Of a stretch of DNA of 64,000 nt, positions 13,144 through 26,185 are shown piece by piece. Source of the stretch: Felis catus (taxonomy: Eukaryota); NCBI RefSeq assembly GCF_018350175.1, contig NC_058368.1:192574001-192638000 (forward strand), in the 5' to 3' direction. The notes beneath the pieces were generated by a model. That model did not search any database. It was not told the origin of the DNA and worked only from the letters and a program-made list of their open reading frames with translations. The first letter of the stretch is position 1, and each line of letters begins with the position of its first letter. The translations under genes were made by a program, and so were the position numbers.

Positions 13144-13357
13144 CAGGGCTTTTCAGCCTTGGTACTTGCTGACATTATAGGCTGGATAAGTCTTTGTCGT
13201 GGGGACTAAGTGTCCTGACGGGTACTGAGCAGCATCCCAGCCTCTGCTCATTAGATGCCAGGAATAGCACTACCTCTATTTTGTCTCGGAGACAAAATGT
13301 CTCCAAACATTCCCAAATGTCCCTGGGGGCACCGTCCCCTCCCTTTGAAAACAATTG
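13144..13357 (+). mobile_element. MER20 (hAT-Charlie)
   Basis: GCTGACATT..GGCTGGATAA, AGCAGCATCCCAGCCTCT..CATTAGATGCCAG, AAAATGTCTCCAAACATT; TSD-like ATCTAGAG/GTCCAGAG. Confidence 0.85.
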
Positions 13358-14159
13358 GTCCAGAGGACTTGGCCAGGAGGGACGGCTCCTTCTCAAGCCC
13401 TACCCTGAAAACTTTGCCACGTGCAAGCATGACACAGGGAAATGAGAAGAAACACCAAAAAGATGAAGAACTAAAGAGAAGTCATTGCCAGATGGACAGA
13501 CAGGTGACTAAATGGATGCTGACTGAAGGAGCCGGAGGAAAATCAGAGCCTGGGTGTTCTGGGGCCACACTGGACACCATCCAGGCAATGGATGGTCTCT
13601 GTCAGTCAATGCATCGTCTCTGCATTTTCCAGAGAGGAAAGGGAGGCCCGCAGAAGGAAGAGGCTTGTCTAAATTCACAGAATGGGCTGGCACGGTGTGA
13701 GAGGAAAGGCTGGGTGTGTTGACCCCCCAGTCCGGTGCCCCAAACCCCACCGTGTGAAAACACAAATGCGAGAACAGTATGTGGAGAAAACGTTCCTGCT
13801 TTTGCAGCCAGGGGCAAGTGACCCCACATGTGACCTGGCCCCATGGGCCCTCGGCACGCTGCGTGAGGGCATACACACGGCAGGCTGTGCCAAGGGCCCG
13901 ATGAGGCGGAAGGTCTGTTCCACATCCTGTGTGGTGGCAGCATGAATGGGAAGGCTGCCAGAGACGGATTAAGATAGGCTACATGCCAGGCCCAGGAGAT
14001 AGTGGGGAGCCCGAGGGCTGCTGAGGGTTGCACGACCAAAGGGGTGAGCTGTGGCTCTCCCACAGGTGGCCACAGGGAGGGTGACGGCTCTCCTTCATTG
14101 CCTACTTACTATGTCCCCAGGGGGAGGCAGGATTCAAACGAGTGTCTGCCAGGGGAGAA

Positions 14160-14552
14160 ACCAATGGCAAAATGTGGGCTATGTGACAACGGAGTACTAT
14201 TCAGCCTTAAAAAGGAAGGAAAATCCAACACAGGCTGCCACATCATGAACCTTGAGGACATGACGCTCAGGGAAATAAGCCAGCCACAAAAGGGCAAATG
14301 AAATGTGATGCGCCTGCCACTCATGTGAGATTCCTAAAGACGTCAGATCCATAGACCTAGAGTGGTGGTTGCCGGGGGCTCGGGGCAGGAGGGAACGAGC
14401 ACCGAGTTTCAGTTGTGCAAGATGAAAAGAGTTCAGGAGAGAGGGTTCACAAGGATGTAATGTACTTAATGCTACTGACCCGTACACTTAAAAACGGTTA
14501 AGATGGTAAATTTTATGTCATGTGTATTTTACCACAATCAAAAAAAAAAAAA
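14160..14552 (+). mobile_element. L1M 3' end
   Basis: TACTATTCAGCCTTAAAAAGGAAGGAAA...ATGAACCTTGAGGACAT...GGTAAATTTTATG..TTTTACCACAAT + poly(A). Confidence 0.85.
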
Positions 14553-14851
14553 GATGAGGAAGAACATAGGTGAAATAGTCAGTGTTTCCTTAGGGAAACC
14601 ACACAATTGTGATTTCTGGAGAAAGGGCTTTGTTATGGGAATCACACTCTTACACAATTGGGGGATGGGAATGCAGGAGGGGCACAGGTAGATGGGAAGA
14701 ACCAGGGAGAGGGTTCTATGGCCCACCTTCACTGCCCGGGGTGGTGGGCCCAGCCCCTGCCGGTCAGCAGGGCCATCAGTGGGCATTCAGTCTTGGGAGA
14801 GGAATGCCCACTGCTTCATTTCCACCTTCCGAATGTCCACAAATTCTTCTT

Positions 14852-15042
14852 CTTCTTTTTTAATGTTTATTTACTTATCTATTGTGGGGGGCAGAGAGAG
14901 AGAGGGAGAGAGAATCCCAAGCAGGCTCCACACTGTCCGTGCAGAGCCCGATGCAGGGCTCAATCTCATCCAACCTTGAGATCGTGACCTGAGCTGAAAC
15001 CAAGAGTCAGATGCTTAAGCAACTGAGCCACCCAGGCACCCC
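14852..15042 (-). mobile_element. Can-SINE
   Basis: Typical body; TSD ACAAATTCTTCTT on both sides. Confidence 0.92.
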
Positions 15043-15229
15043 ACAAATTCTTCTTTTGGCCAACTCTATCCGGAAATGCTTACAAGGAGGGGTGTTTAGG
15101 GAAGCATAGTTCCCAGCTTAACCAAGATGGCCAGGAACAAATCACTTCGTGGGGTGATGGTGGAATGATCTCCCAAATACATGGTTAATTGAAAAAGATG
15201 GGAAAAAATGTGGATAATATACACCTCAT

Positions 15230-15395
15230 TGTTTTTACAATTGTGGTAAAATACACATAATTTAAAGTTTACCGTCTTATAGTTTTTAAGCGTATGATTC
15301 AGTGGCATGAAGGACATTCATGTTGCTGGGGAACCATCATCCTGTGATGATGGAACTGTCCTGTGGAACCTTTTCATCATCCCCAACTGAAACTC
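15230..15395 (-). mobile_element. L1M 3' fragment (antisense)
   Basis: ATTGTGGTAAAATACACATAA...TTCAGTGGCAT...CATCATCCCCAACTGAAACTCT. Confidence 0.7.
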
Positions 15396-15585
15396 TCCGC
15401 ACATCCTTTTTTAAGGACACACTTCTACCTCAGTACGAGCAGGGTTTCTCTCAAAAGATACTCAAGAAACCAAGAAACCAGCAGTGGTTGCCTCTGGAGA
15501 GGGACATCGGCAGGGAGGCGTGGGAGAGAGGTTTCCTGACGGAGACTAACTTTTCACTTTGTTGTTTTGTACTGTTTGAACACAT

Positions 15586-15811
15586 TTTTTTTTTTAATTT
15601 TTTTTTTTCAACGTTTATTTATTTTTGGGACAGAGAGAGACAGAGCATGAACGGGGGAGGGGCAGAGAGAGAGGGAGACACAGAATCGGAAACAGGCTCC
15701 AGGCTCTGAGCCATCAGCCCAGAGCCTGACGCAGGGCTCGAACTCACGGACCGCGAGATCGTGACCTGGCTGAAGTCGGCCGCTTAACCGACTGCGCCAC
15801 CCAGGCGCCCC
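15586..15811 (-). mobile_element. Young felid Can-SINE (SINEC_Fc)
   Basis: CpG-intact body (GAACTCACGGACCGCGAGATCGTGACCTGGCTGAAGTCGG), long T tract, TSD TGAACAC. Confidence 0.95.
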
Positions 15812-17187
15812 TGAACACGTATTTTTATTCCTTGGTGAAGCCTCCCTAATCCATTAATTCTGATTGAGTTTAGAACGAAGGTATCCTCCCCCTCTCCCAA
15901 TGGATCAGAGCACAGTGGCAGCTCGCCGGCCCCAGCAACACTCAGCTCCTCGCACAGTTTGGTGTAAAATAAAGATGGCCGCACTGTGTCACTCATTGTG
16001 TGGCCTCTGGCCAGCCCCTTCTCTCAGAGCTCAGTGTCCCCCTCTCTACAAGGAAGGGCTTAGCACAGATGGCACTTAACAGCTGATAATGCTCAGGGAT
16101 GTCTTGATTCTAATGGAAGTTTCAGAATTCCCCCTGGAGGCTGAGTCTTTGGAGGAAGAAGCAGAGATGCAGAGAGATAGAGGGACCTGCTCACAGCAAC
16201 CTGGAAAGACAGCAATGGGGACCGGATTCGAAAGCAGAGTTCCTTCTGCTCAGAGATAGCCAGGAGCTGGCCTCAAACAAACACAGCTTCAGTAATGGAG
16301 CCAGGGCTCCCGTGAAACAATCAGGGGACACTGAAGGGTTCCTTGTTATCCTCGTTTTTTTTTTCTCTTATATAGTAGAATATTTCCATAACGATTAAAA
16401 TAATAATTATGCTCAGTTTGTACTATGTAAAATCACGTAGTTCACCGTACTTGGGGAAACACTACCAAACACGATTATCCCACGATGGGTGTGTCTGGGG
16501 CCCTGGAATTGGAGATGGTAGGCAGGGTGTGATCAAAACCTTCTGATTTAAGCAGATTTTCCTTTGGACTTCAGCTCTCCTAGCACACGGTAAATGCCAT
16601 ATAAGCGGCAACCATTATTATTATTATTATTATCATTATTATTATGTACTATGAAATGAAATTATTGCATACTGTAAAATGTAAAATAAAGCAGGAACTT
16701 ATTTCTTGTGTTTTAAAAATAAGACACCTATCACATGCACTTAATTAGGCATAGAGTACCTCCAGAAAGATTAATGGGACGTTGATAGTTGTGGCTGCCT
16801 CTAGGGAAGGGAACGAAAAGTTTGGGGAAAGGGGTGGGGGATGGTGAGGAGAGGGAGTTTGCTGTATATTCTGTACTTTTAAAAAATGGCTTGACTTTTA
16901 AACCTTATAAATGTATAGCTTTTAAAAATAATTAATAGGCTGATTCCAGGCCAAGGGCAGGAAATGTGCAAGATGAGCCCGGAACATCTTATAATCAATA
17001 TTAAAGAGCAGGGAAGCTCTCAGAGCCTGCTGGGGTCATGCAAAACTGAAGAGGCCTTACTGGCTAAAGTCAGGAGGAGAAAAAGGATTATTAATAAGGA
17101 TAAATAACTGCAATGAATCTAGAGTTCATAAAGAAACATCCATCCATCCATACCTCATTCGTCTCTTGTGGAGGATGCTGGGTTTGG

Positions 17188-17653
17188 CTGATCACAAAAA
17201 TAGACCCAATTCTTCACCCTTCCCTGAAACTCTGGGGAATTTTGCAGCTCTTCCCAATGGGAGGTGGAGTCTATGTTCCCCCTTGAATCTGGGAGTGGCC
17301 ATGGGGTTTGCTTTAGTCAGTGGATGCTGATGAATACGACCAAAAAGCCAGTTGAAATGTGCTTGCCTGGATAGGCTTGATCTTTAGCTCCTGCCCGGGG
17401 AGGAAGAACACGTCCCAGCCCGGCCCTCTGGCCCCATAAGAACAAGAGACATGAGGAACAGATCTGAGCCCAGAAGCAACCTGGGACCAAGCCCCACTTA
17501 CTCCAGCCAAACCCAGATGCCCTATAGACATCTGAGAGACAACCACAAGCCTGTCTTGTACACCACTGAGTTTGGGTGTTTTGTTATTGTGGCATTATTG
17601 TGGCATTATTGTGGCATTATTGTGGCATTATTGTGGCAACAGTTGGCTGATAC
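17188..17653 (+). mobile_element. MLT1 (G/H-like) LTR
   Basis: GAGGTGGAGTCTAT..CCCCTTGAATCTGGG and terminal ATTATTGTGGCAA..GCTGATACA. Confidence 0.7.
17584..17638. repeat. 11-bp minisatellite (TTATTGTGGCA)x5
   Basis: Five perfect consecutive copies read directly. Confidence 0.95.
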
Positions 17654-18774
17654 AGATATTATAATGATATTATAGTTTGTTTAAAAAAAAAAACCCTACA
17701 TTTCAGAGGTATGTACTAAAATATTTACAAATGAAAAAAATTAATTCGTAGTAAGAGAAAAATTGTACTCTGTTGTCAGACCATATGTCAACCGTGGGTC
17801 CTATGTTGAGTCTCAGTGTCCTGAGGCACTTCTCCTCTGCTGTGATTCCAGGGGTTTGGAGTCCTGGAGTGTCATAGCTGTGGGGCGCTCTGGACTATGC
17901 TGTCTGTGTCCTCGTCTGGGGGAGTCTGTGGATCGCGGGGGAGAAGGAATTTGCCAAAGGTCACTATGAGCCGAGACCTCACCCAAGACTCCTTTATCTG
18001 CTCTCCGCAGTGCTATGAGCAGGAGACCACAGCTGGCTCCAGGCACCAGCACGCCTTCCCAGGCCCCATCTCTGACCCAGCTGAGAAAAATCCAGAATTG
18101 CCAATGAGCACAAAGAAATCTCTTCCAGTCTTCACCCTCTGGTTGTGCAAAAATCTCATTAAAAGGCCATCCAGATCCCCAAGGGCCTGGTGCAGACCCA
18201 GGACATCTTCAGGAAAAGAGATAGTGACAGAGAGCTGGTTTTTAATGACAGGCCCAGTTGTGCCTGCAGTGACCCCTCTATTCCCCCAGTGCCTCAAACC
18301 ATCCCGGTAACACCACATCCTTCCACCTCGAGGCTTTTGATCCATCCGGGTTCACACCTGTCCTTTGGAATGTCATTCCAATTCCACATGATTGGAGGAG
18401 CCAAATGATTCCCCCCCCCCCAGTTTTATAGATGAAGATACTGAGGCCCCAGCGGAGACTTTCAAAGTCTCCTGGGGTATCAGAGGCTATCTCTACAACC
18501 CACCCACCCAGGCTAGATAACAGGCACTCTAGGTGCCCCCACCCCCAGCTGCCTGACCTAGTGGTCCTCACCGCCCACCCAGCAAACCTCCTTCCCCACA
18601 AGGGCCCAGGGAAGTGGGGCTGGAGTAAATGTTTCCTGTTCTATGGCCACTGGGCAATTTGGGACTCACTGACCACGGTCTTCTCTGCCCCGAGTGCCTG
18701 TCTTCCACATCTGCACAGCCGACTTGCTCGTGTCCTACAGGTTTGTGCCCAAACATTGCCTTATTAATTATTTA

Positions 18775-19085
18775 ATAAATTATCATGCTAAGTAGAAGAA
18801 GCCAGTCACAAAAGACCACCTAGCACATGATTCCACTTATATGAAATGTCCCAAATAGGCAAGTCCTCAGAGATAGAAAGTAGATCAGCGGTTGCTGGAG
18901 GCTAGGGGTAAAGAGGAAGGGGGCGTGGCTGCGGCGGGTGATGGGGGGGAGGTTCTTCTGGGGATGATGAAAACGTGCCAGAATTACATTGTGGTGAGGG
19001 TCACACTACTCTGTGAATACACTAAAAGCCCCTGAATTGCATCCTTTAAAAGGGTGAACTGTGTGATATGCAAATTACATCTCTA
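18775..19085 (+). mobile_element. L1MB-like 3' end
   Basis: ATGCTAAGTAGAAGAAGCCAGTCACAAAAGACCAC...ATGATTCCACTTATATGAAATGTCC...TGTGAATACACTAAAA. Confidence 0.85.
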
Positions 19086-19096
19086 CAATGCTGTGT

Positions 19097-19320
19097 GTTT
19101 TTTAAAGTGTATTTATTTATTTTAAGAGAGAGAAAGGAAGAGTGGGAGGGGCGGGGGGGGGGAGAGAGAGAGAATGGGAGGAGAGAGAGAGAATCCCAAG
19201 CAGGCTCTGCACTGTCAGCACAGAGCCTGATGCAGGGCTCAAACTCATGAACTGTGAGATCACGACCTGAGCCTAAATCAAGAGTCGAACGCTTAACAAA
19301 CCGACCCACCCAGGCGCCCC
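19097..19320 (-). mobile_element. Can-SINE
   Basis: Typical body ending CCAGGCGCCCC; TSD TA(C/T)AATGCTG. Confidence 0.92.
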
Positions 19321-19899
19321 TATAATGCTGCTTTTTAAAGGGTGAAAATAGAAAAAAAAAAGTGGCCTTACGAATGAGGCTTTCCTGGACTACCCTATGT
19401 GAAACTGCATGCAGCCCCTCTCTGCCCCTCACTTAACCTCACTCCGCTTTATGGTCGCCTGAAACATTTCTTACCATGTGCCATGAGATCTGTGTTTTCA
19501 TTTATTGTCCCTCTCCTCCAGCAGGATATGAGCAGGGACATCATCTGTCTTGCTCACACTGTACATGCAGCACCCGGAGCAATGTGTGACGCGTAGTAGG
19601 CACTCGGGACATTGTTGTTGAGCTTCTTATCCAGCCCAGTCATTTATAATGCTGTCCCCCAGTTGTGGGGGAGAGCATTTGTAATGCTGTCCCACCGGGG
19701 AGCCTGAGAAATGATGCCTCTTAAGCATCTCCGAGCCAGAGGTTTAGAGTGCTTCTCCTTTGGTAATCCAGCTGCCTCTCTCCCTCTCATTCCTGCCCAC
19801 CCACCCCATCATACGCCTAGTCCCGTGAAGGAAGTCCTCCTGTGACACTTTCCTCCTCCCCGCTGTCTGTGTCGCTCATCTTGACAGCATTCCACCTAA

Positions 19900-20660
19900 C
19901 CCGTCTCCCTCCTGCCTCCTCTACACCTGGCATGTTCCTCTCCACACAGCAGAGTGACCTTTTCGCAAAATCAGCTCTGGTCTGACCACACAGTCCCTGC
20001 TCTAAATTGGTCAGGGACTCCCCGCCTCGGTCAGGATAAAGGCTGACTAAATCCCTTCTTGACCCGGCTCCTGCCACCTTTCCTTGCACAGGCTCACCCT
20101 CCTCTGTGGGGCTCCAGCCTAACAATGCCTTTTAGGTCTTTGAACTCAAAGCTCTCTCTCTAGCTGCTAGTCTTTGCACAGTCTGTTCCCCCTGCCTGGA
20201 ACACTTATCCTGCCCCTTGTTTAAGGTTCAGCTTAAGTGTTGCTTCCTCCAGGATACTTTCCCTGACCCCTAGTAGACACGATTACACCCAGGAGATCCT
20301 GTGAATCCTTGTTTCTCTCTCTTTTTTTTTTTTATTAAGTTTTTATTTATTTTGAGAGAGAGAAGTGGGAAGGGCAGAGAGAGAGGGGGAGAGAGAGAGA
20401 ATCCCAGGCAGGCTCTGCACTGTCAGCACAGAGTCCGATGTGGGGCTCAAACCCATGAAGTATGAGGTCATGATCTGAGCCAAAGCCGTATGCTTAACCG
20501 ACTGAGCCACCCAGGCGCCCCATCCTTGTCTCCCTTTTATACTGTTTTTGTCTGCCTATTTGTCTGCCCTCCTACCACACTCAACTCTTACGATGGGGGA
20601 TCTTGTCCAGCACAGGGCCCCGCCAGGGCCTTCTGCACACTAGGTGATCATTAAACATTC
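19900..20660. mobile_element. L2 fragments interrupted by a Can-SINE
   Basis: CCACACAGCAGAGTGACCTTT, TCTGTTCCCCCTGCCTGGAACAC, CCTCCAGGA..CTTTCCCTGACC L2 motifs. Confidence 0.55.
20322..20521 (-). mobile_element. Can-SINE
   Basis: Typical body; TSD ATCCTTGT. Confidence 0.92.
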
Positions 20661-21444
20661 CAACCAACAAAGGAGCGAAGGAATCAATACACCCCTTCTT
20701 CCAGGCCCTTACTCCTGCCCTTCTGCCTGCTGGCAGTACCCCCCCACCCCTTCCACTCATTCCTAGTCCTGCCCACTTGGTCAGGTGCAGCTCAAGCCCC
20801 GTCTCCTCAGAGACGCCTTCCCTGATGCCTGCAGCCGGCAACTCCCTGCCTCCTGCCTCTCCTGGGCACCCTGGGTGTCACATCCCCTGCGAATTGGGCT
20901 CAGCGTGTTCTCTGTCCTTCACTGCCACCAACATGAGGGAGACAACGTGGCTGTCCCCAGTCCTGGAGATTCAGGGCTCAGGGAGGACACAGGGAAGTTG
21001 CTGAGTGCAGTGGGTGGGGGACAGCCAAGGATGCTTAAGCAAGTGCACATGTCACCCAAGAGTTCATGTGTCAAGGAGTCAGAAGGACTACATTTAGAAT
21101 AGTCAAGCCATATATGACACCCGACCCCCCAGTGTAGACTTTTATTGAGGACTCACTATGGAGCCTTCACTGTCTGCCAGGCTCTGGCTGAATTCTTGAC
21201 CACAGCATCTCATATAATCATCACAACCTGCCTCATGCACTAGGCACCACTACCGCCATCATGGAGAAAGTGAGGCTCAGAGAGGTGTAGTAACCTTCTC
21301 TGGGTTACACAGGAAGCAAGCACCAAGGTAGAGATTCTTAGTTTCTCTTCGTGACTAAAGCATGCCACCTCTACAGTAGCACCCAAAGATAAACGTCTGG
21401 CCTCCCCTTGCTTCCCGCTGTTGTGAGAGGGCTCAGTATACACC

Positions 21445-21870
21445 AGGTCATTCATTCACTCATTCATCAAGCTAATAAATATTTACTGAGCACGACTATA
21501 TGCAGACACTGGGTTTCGTCACTGGCACTGAGGGACACACAAGATAGCTGTTCTGATGCACCTCACATTCTAGAAAGCAGGAGCAGACAGGGGCCAATGA
21601 CAAAAGGACAGTGGTAAATTCTCAGCAGCATGAAATAGGCCAATGTGACAGAAGAACAGGGTGGCGCCATTAGTCGGAGTGGGCCGGGAAGGCCTCACTA
21701 AGGAGGTCATACTTTAGCTGAGATGTGAGTGACAAGGAAAAGCCAGATTGGGGCTGGGGGAAAGCATTCCAGGCAGAGGGAACTGCAAGCCAAAGGCTGT
21801 GAGGCAGGGATGAGCCTAGTGTGTTCGGGGAACCAAGAGAACAGCAGAGGAGTGTGTGGGAGAGGGCTGG
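21445..21870. mobile_element. L2 fragment
   Basis: CATTCATTCACTCATTCA end, TATTTACTGAGCAC, AGCATTCCAGGCAGAGGGAACTGCAAG. Confidence 0.7.
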
Positions 21871-23569
21871 CGTATGAAACGCGGCGTGCCGGGCAGGCTT
21901 CCCAGGCCAGAGTGACAGAGTCAACTTCAGCATGTGGGGCCCACAGTCTTTACACCTGAGGGCCCTCGAAGGACAATGCCCTTCCCTCAAGGGTCAGTCT
22001 AGCACTTAGCTGAAGGCAGCCGTCTACAATGTGTCTTCTGGATTACTTGCCCCACCAGGGACCTGTTGCTCTCCCAACTGGGCCCCCAGCCCTGCTTTCT
22101 GCTCACCTTCGAGTGCCATGGCGAGAGCCATAGAGGTCAGTGACCCAGGCTCAGGCTCTGCCCTCAGGGCCAGCTGGGCAGTGCTGGGAAATGGCTCCCC
22201 AAGCTGGAGTGTGAGCTGGGAAATGGTTTCCTTGTGGGAAGAGCACTCGTGAGGGGCCCAGAGGACAAGTTTGAGTCTGTGTGACCTAGTCTCTGGGCCT
22301 CGGTTTCCCTATCTACAATCTGAAGGAGTTGGAAAGAGTTTCCCAGGCCTGAGATGTAAGGCCACACCTCCTCCTCAAGGGGCCTACACAAGACTCTGGG
22401 CTGCAGGTGACAGGAGGACTGGGGAGACCACAGTTGTCCTTCAGCGCCAGAGAATGGAAGCAGAACCCTGATGTTAGTAATGGTCCCATTTCCTGCAGGC
22501 CCTGTTCTTGTGGAACTTTCCCCCAAGATTGCTAATCCTTTCCCACTTAGCTTAACACCCTAAGCTGAAACAAAACTGGTAGGAGATTTTGCTTTTACGT
22601 GATGGGTAACTTCCAGCCTTCTGGCAGGCCCTTCACCACTCTGGGCCTCAGTTTCCCCAGCTCCAACCTTCCTGGTGCCCAGGCTACCTCAGTGGGCCTA
22701 AAGGCTGCAGCAGGGTTGCCATGGTGACAGGCTGCGGGCTCCTGCTCCCAGATGCCTCTTCGGGGGTTGTAGCGCCCAATATGTGGGCCAATGGTGCCTC
22801 CGTGGGGCCTCTTGTTGAGAGAGAGCCCGCAAGAGAGACATGTGGAGGGAATGTGCTTTACCCACAGGAGCAGGCCCCGGGTCGGGTTGCGGGTCTGGTT
22901 AATGCCTCCGTGCAGTAGGCCTGTCGCCCGTTGACAGGATTTTTTGTTTAATTGGAGGCATAAGAAAACAATAACATCCGTCGGCATGAGGAAAGCTGCA
23001 GGAGCCCGGTGAGGAGAGCTCCAAAAGAACGGTGTGTGTATGGGGGCAGCGCGGATCCGAAGTCTGAGTTCGGCCACAAGGGCCGGCTGACCCTGACCAA
23101 GTCACCATGGCTCCGGTCTTGCCGCTGGGAAATGAGCAGGGTGGACTGAGGCTGGCTCAACTCCAAGTGTGGTCCCCAAAACACCTGCGTCAGGATTTCC
23201 CAGGGAGCCTCTTTAATTCAGATTCCCAGTTCTGTCTGGTTCCGCCGACCCAGCCTCTCCCGGGGAAGAGGCCCACGAACGCACCGTGTCCTGAGTGTGA
23301 CTTGGCAGGACGTGCGTTGTGGGGTGAGAATCGGCACGACAGTTGCCAAATGTCAGCACAGGGTCTGGCACACAGGAAATGCTCACTCTCCTCATGAGCC
23401 CCAGGTCCAGAGCCCTCGCACCGGAATGTTCATGGCGGATAGAATTCCAGCGATTTCAAGTTGTTCCTTTTTTACCATCAAGCACGTGCTGATTTTTTAC
23501 AGTGGACACGTATGGCAGTGTAACTGACAAAAATTATTATGGGAGGAAGTGAGATGATTCTATAGTTCA

Positions 23570-23749
23570 TTTTTTATTTAGTTTTGAGGGCCCAATCAGG
23601 GGAGGAGCAGAGAGAGAGGGAGACAGAGGATCCAGAGCAGCCTCTGTGCTGACAGCAGCGAGCCCAATGCGGGGCTCAAACTCACCAGCCACGGGATCAT
23701 GGCCTAAGCCAAAGTCGGATCCTCAACCGACTGAGCCACCCAGGTCCCC
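23570..23749 (-). mobile_element. Can-SINE
   Basis: Typical body; TSD GATTC(T/C)ATA. Confidence 0.88.
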
Positions 23750-23977
23750 TCGATTCCATAATTTAGATGATCGTCTTTTTGGTAGGTGCGCATGTAATTA
23801 AATTTATATTTTTTCCCTAACTGTATGACGTTCAGGTGACGACAACAGTGCAGGCTTACTAAAACCAGCAGCCCAACAAATGTGTGCACGTGGAAGGTTG
23901 TTATCTAGCCCCTTCCCGCCCCTCCCCCTGAGGTAACCAATGCTAACAGCCCATTGGGGATCATTCCACACTGTTCC

Positions 23978-23980
<3 letters not shown>

Positions 23981-24021
<41 letters not shown>
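23981..24021. repeat. (CA)n microsatellite
   Basis: About 20 perfect AC units. Confidence 0.97.
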
Positions 24022-24022
<1 letters not shown>

Positions 24023-24377
24023 CTTCTTTCCTCTTCCACAGTTGGTGAACTGAAATCTCACCCCATGAACCCTTACCTTCTTCAAGAGCACAAGAGCAGG
24101 GAACGGGTCTTAGTCACCTGGGCTGGACTCACACTATGAAGTCATACCCTCCTTCTGAATTCACATTGACAACCAATAACAGCCAAAGCCAAAAGAAGCC
24201 CCCAAACCCAGCCCGATCCTCAGGCTCTGGAGATGGACACGGCTGGTTTAGGGAGACAGCAGCTCTTGCTTTCACACAAGCATCCACCAAAACCTTTAAC
24301 CCAGAGTTGCAAACTGAGGCCACAACTGGCTACAGATGGGTTTAATTGGCCCAACCAGCATTAAAAAAGTGTTTTAA

Positions 24378-24573
24378 GGGGCACCTGGGTGGCTCAGTCT
24401 GTTAAGCAGACTCTTGATCTCAGCTGAGGCCATTATCTCACAGTTGGTGGGATCGAGCCCCACATTGGGCTCTGGGCTGACAGCAGGGAGCCTGCTTGGG
24501 ATTCTCTCTCCCAGTCTCTCTCTCTGCCCCTCCCCCACTCACTCACACTCTCTCTCAAAAGAAAGTTAAAAAA
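24378..24573 (+). mobile_element. Can-SINE
   Basis: GGGGCACCTGGGTGGCTCAG head; flanking GTGTTTTAA duplicated. Confidence 0.92.
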
Positions 24574-25349
24574 TGTGTTTTAAGTGAAAACATTTAAAAA
24601 TTAGGAAATTTCATAGAATAGCCTAGATTCCTGCTTTTCTTGAGATTTCCAGGATTTGGCCACTCTGCACCCAAATTCCCAAATGGCCACAAGCAAGTGC
24701 CACCTGAGCACTGCTGCCCCCTGAAGACAGGGCCCTGCCCTCCAGCTTGACACAGCCCCTACCTGGTCCACTCCAGTCAGATGCATTTCCTGCCTGGTCT
24801 CTGCTGGCCTGTAGCACTCTGTAGGCCCGTGGAGGGATGTCTCACAGGTCCACCCAGGGTAAGGACAGAAGGCCCTGGAGAACACTGGGATCCCAAGAAA
24901 CAGTCCTTGCCATGGGCCTCCTTTGGCCCTTCATTGGCTGAAATATGTTCTGAATGACAGGAAGTGCCAACACAACAATAAGAGCCACTATTTATTGAGT
25001 GCTCACTGCATGCTGGGAACCGGGCTGAACAAACACTTCCTTTCAGGACCCCCTTTGATCCAAGAATCCTATCTAGGCATATTATCTCCACTGACCTGAT
25101 GAAGAAACTGAGGCTCAGAGACCTCGGGTAACTTGCCCAATTAACACTTGGGATTAATTGGAGCTTGGATTCCAACCGCCAGAGCCCAAGTACTTAGCCC
25201 ATTTGCACCCCCCAACACACACACACGAAGAGCAATGGTGATTGGCTCAACTGCATATTAGCCTAACCTAGAGGGAGTATCCCTGGCTGGGGCCCACCTC
25301 AGTTTGCCCTCTCCCGGGGAAATAGCACATCACAATGGTCAACAGCAAG

Positions 25350-25560
25350 GATTTGGTGTTAGACACACCCGAGCTCAAAACCCAGTTCCTGGTAATATTC
25401 ATTTCCTAGCTGTGGGACCTAAGGCAAGTCACTAAACTTCTCTGAGCCTCAGTTTCCTCATCTGTGACATGGGAAGGACAATAACACCTGTCACTTAGGG
25501 TTATTGGAGGGTTGACCTGGTACATTTAAATACTCTATGTGTAGAGTTCTTAGGAGGCAG
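25350..25560. mobile_element. MIR
   Basis: GGCAAGTCACTAAACTTCTCTGAGCCTCAGTTTCCTCATCTGT core. Confidence 0.8.
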
Positions 25561-25769
25561 TCATAAGGGAGTCTCGCTAAAAAGCGAACCAAGAAAAAGG
25601 ATAGAAGGACATGGAGTACTCAGGATCCAAAGAAAAACTAAAGAACCAGGAAATAAGATAGGAATAAAGGATAACTCTGCCAGAGAGCCACCCCTGGAGC
25701 GGTAAGATTCCAACCTCTTTCCTCCCCATCCTATATCCAGTATCTTGGGAGCCTTGTCTGCCCTGGGTC

Positions 25770-26185
25770 CCGTTCCTACCTGGGTTATGGCAGGTTCCCT
25801 GGAAGCAGAGCTCCAGATGCGGATTCCTGTGTGATTGTTTTTTGCTGAGAGGGTATTGTCAGGAGAAGAGCGGGCAGGCAGCAGCACTAGGGAGGGAAGA
25901 AGCTGGTCAAAGACGTGGTTTCAGAAGTCTAGTCTCTGTCCACGGGCAGGGTGGAGCATGGTTTGTACCATAGTCTGTCCACCCTTAAGACCCACATGCT
26001 GGGTTTTATCCTCCATCAGTCAGTCACTGACCACAGGCCACCCCCAGGGGGAGAGGCACACCCTTTCAGGTATCATCTGGAGAAGGAGGCAGCTGAGAGC
26101 CATTAGCACCAACATCCGTGTGATGGAGAGGGCGCGCTAGCCCAGAAGGGGAGTCTGGGCAGGGCACTGAGAGCACCTGCCGTAG
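25770..26185. mobile_element. Old ERVL LTR (LTR16/MLT-like)
   Basis: GGTTCCCTGGAAGCAGAGC..GATGCGGATTCCTGTG..GGAAGGAGGCAGCTGAGAGCCATTAGCA pattern; subfamily uncertain. Confidence 0.5.

Noticed and set aside
17584..17638. CRISPR-like array
   Set aside because: Contiguous 11-bp tandem units with no spacers, in mammalian DNA.
17763..18345. Cluster of ORFs as a hidden exon or pseudogene
   Set aside because: No recognisable protein similarity and no convincing splice-site pair.
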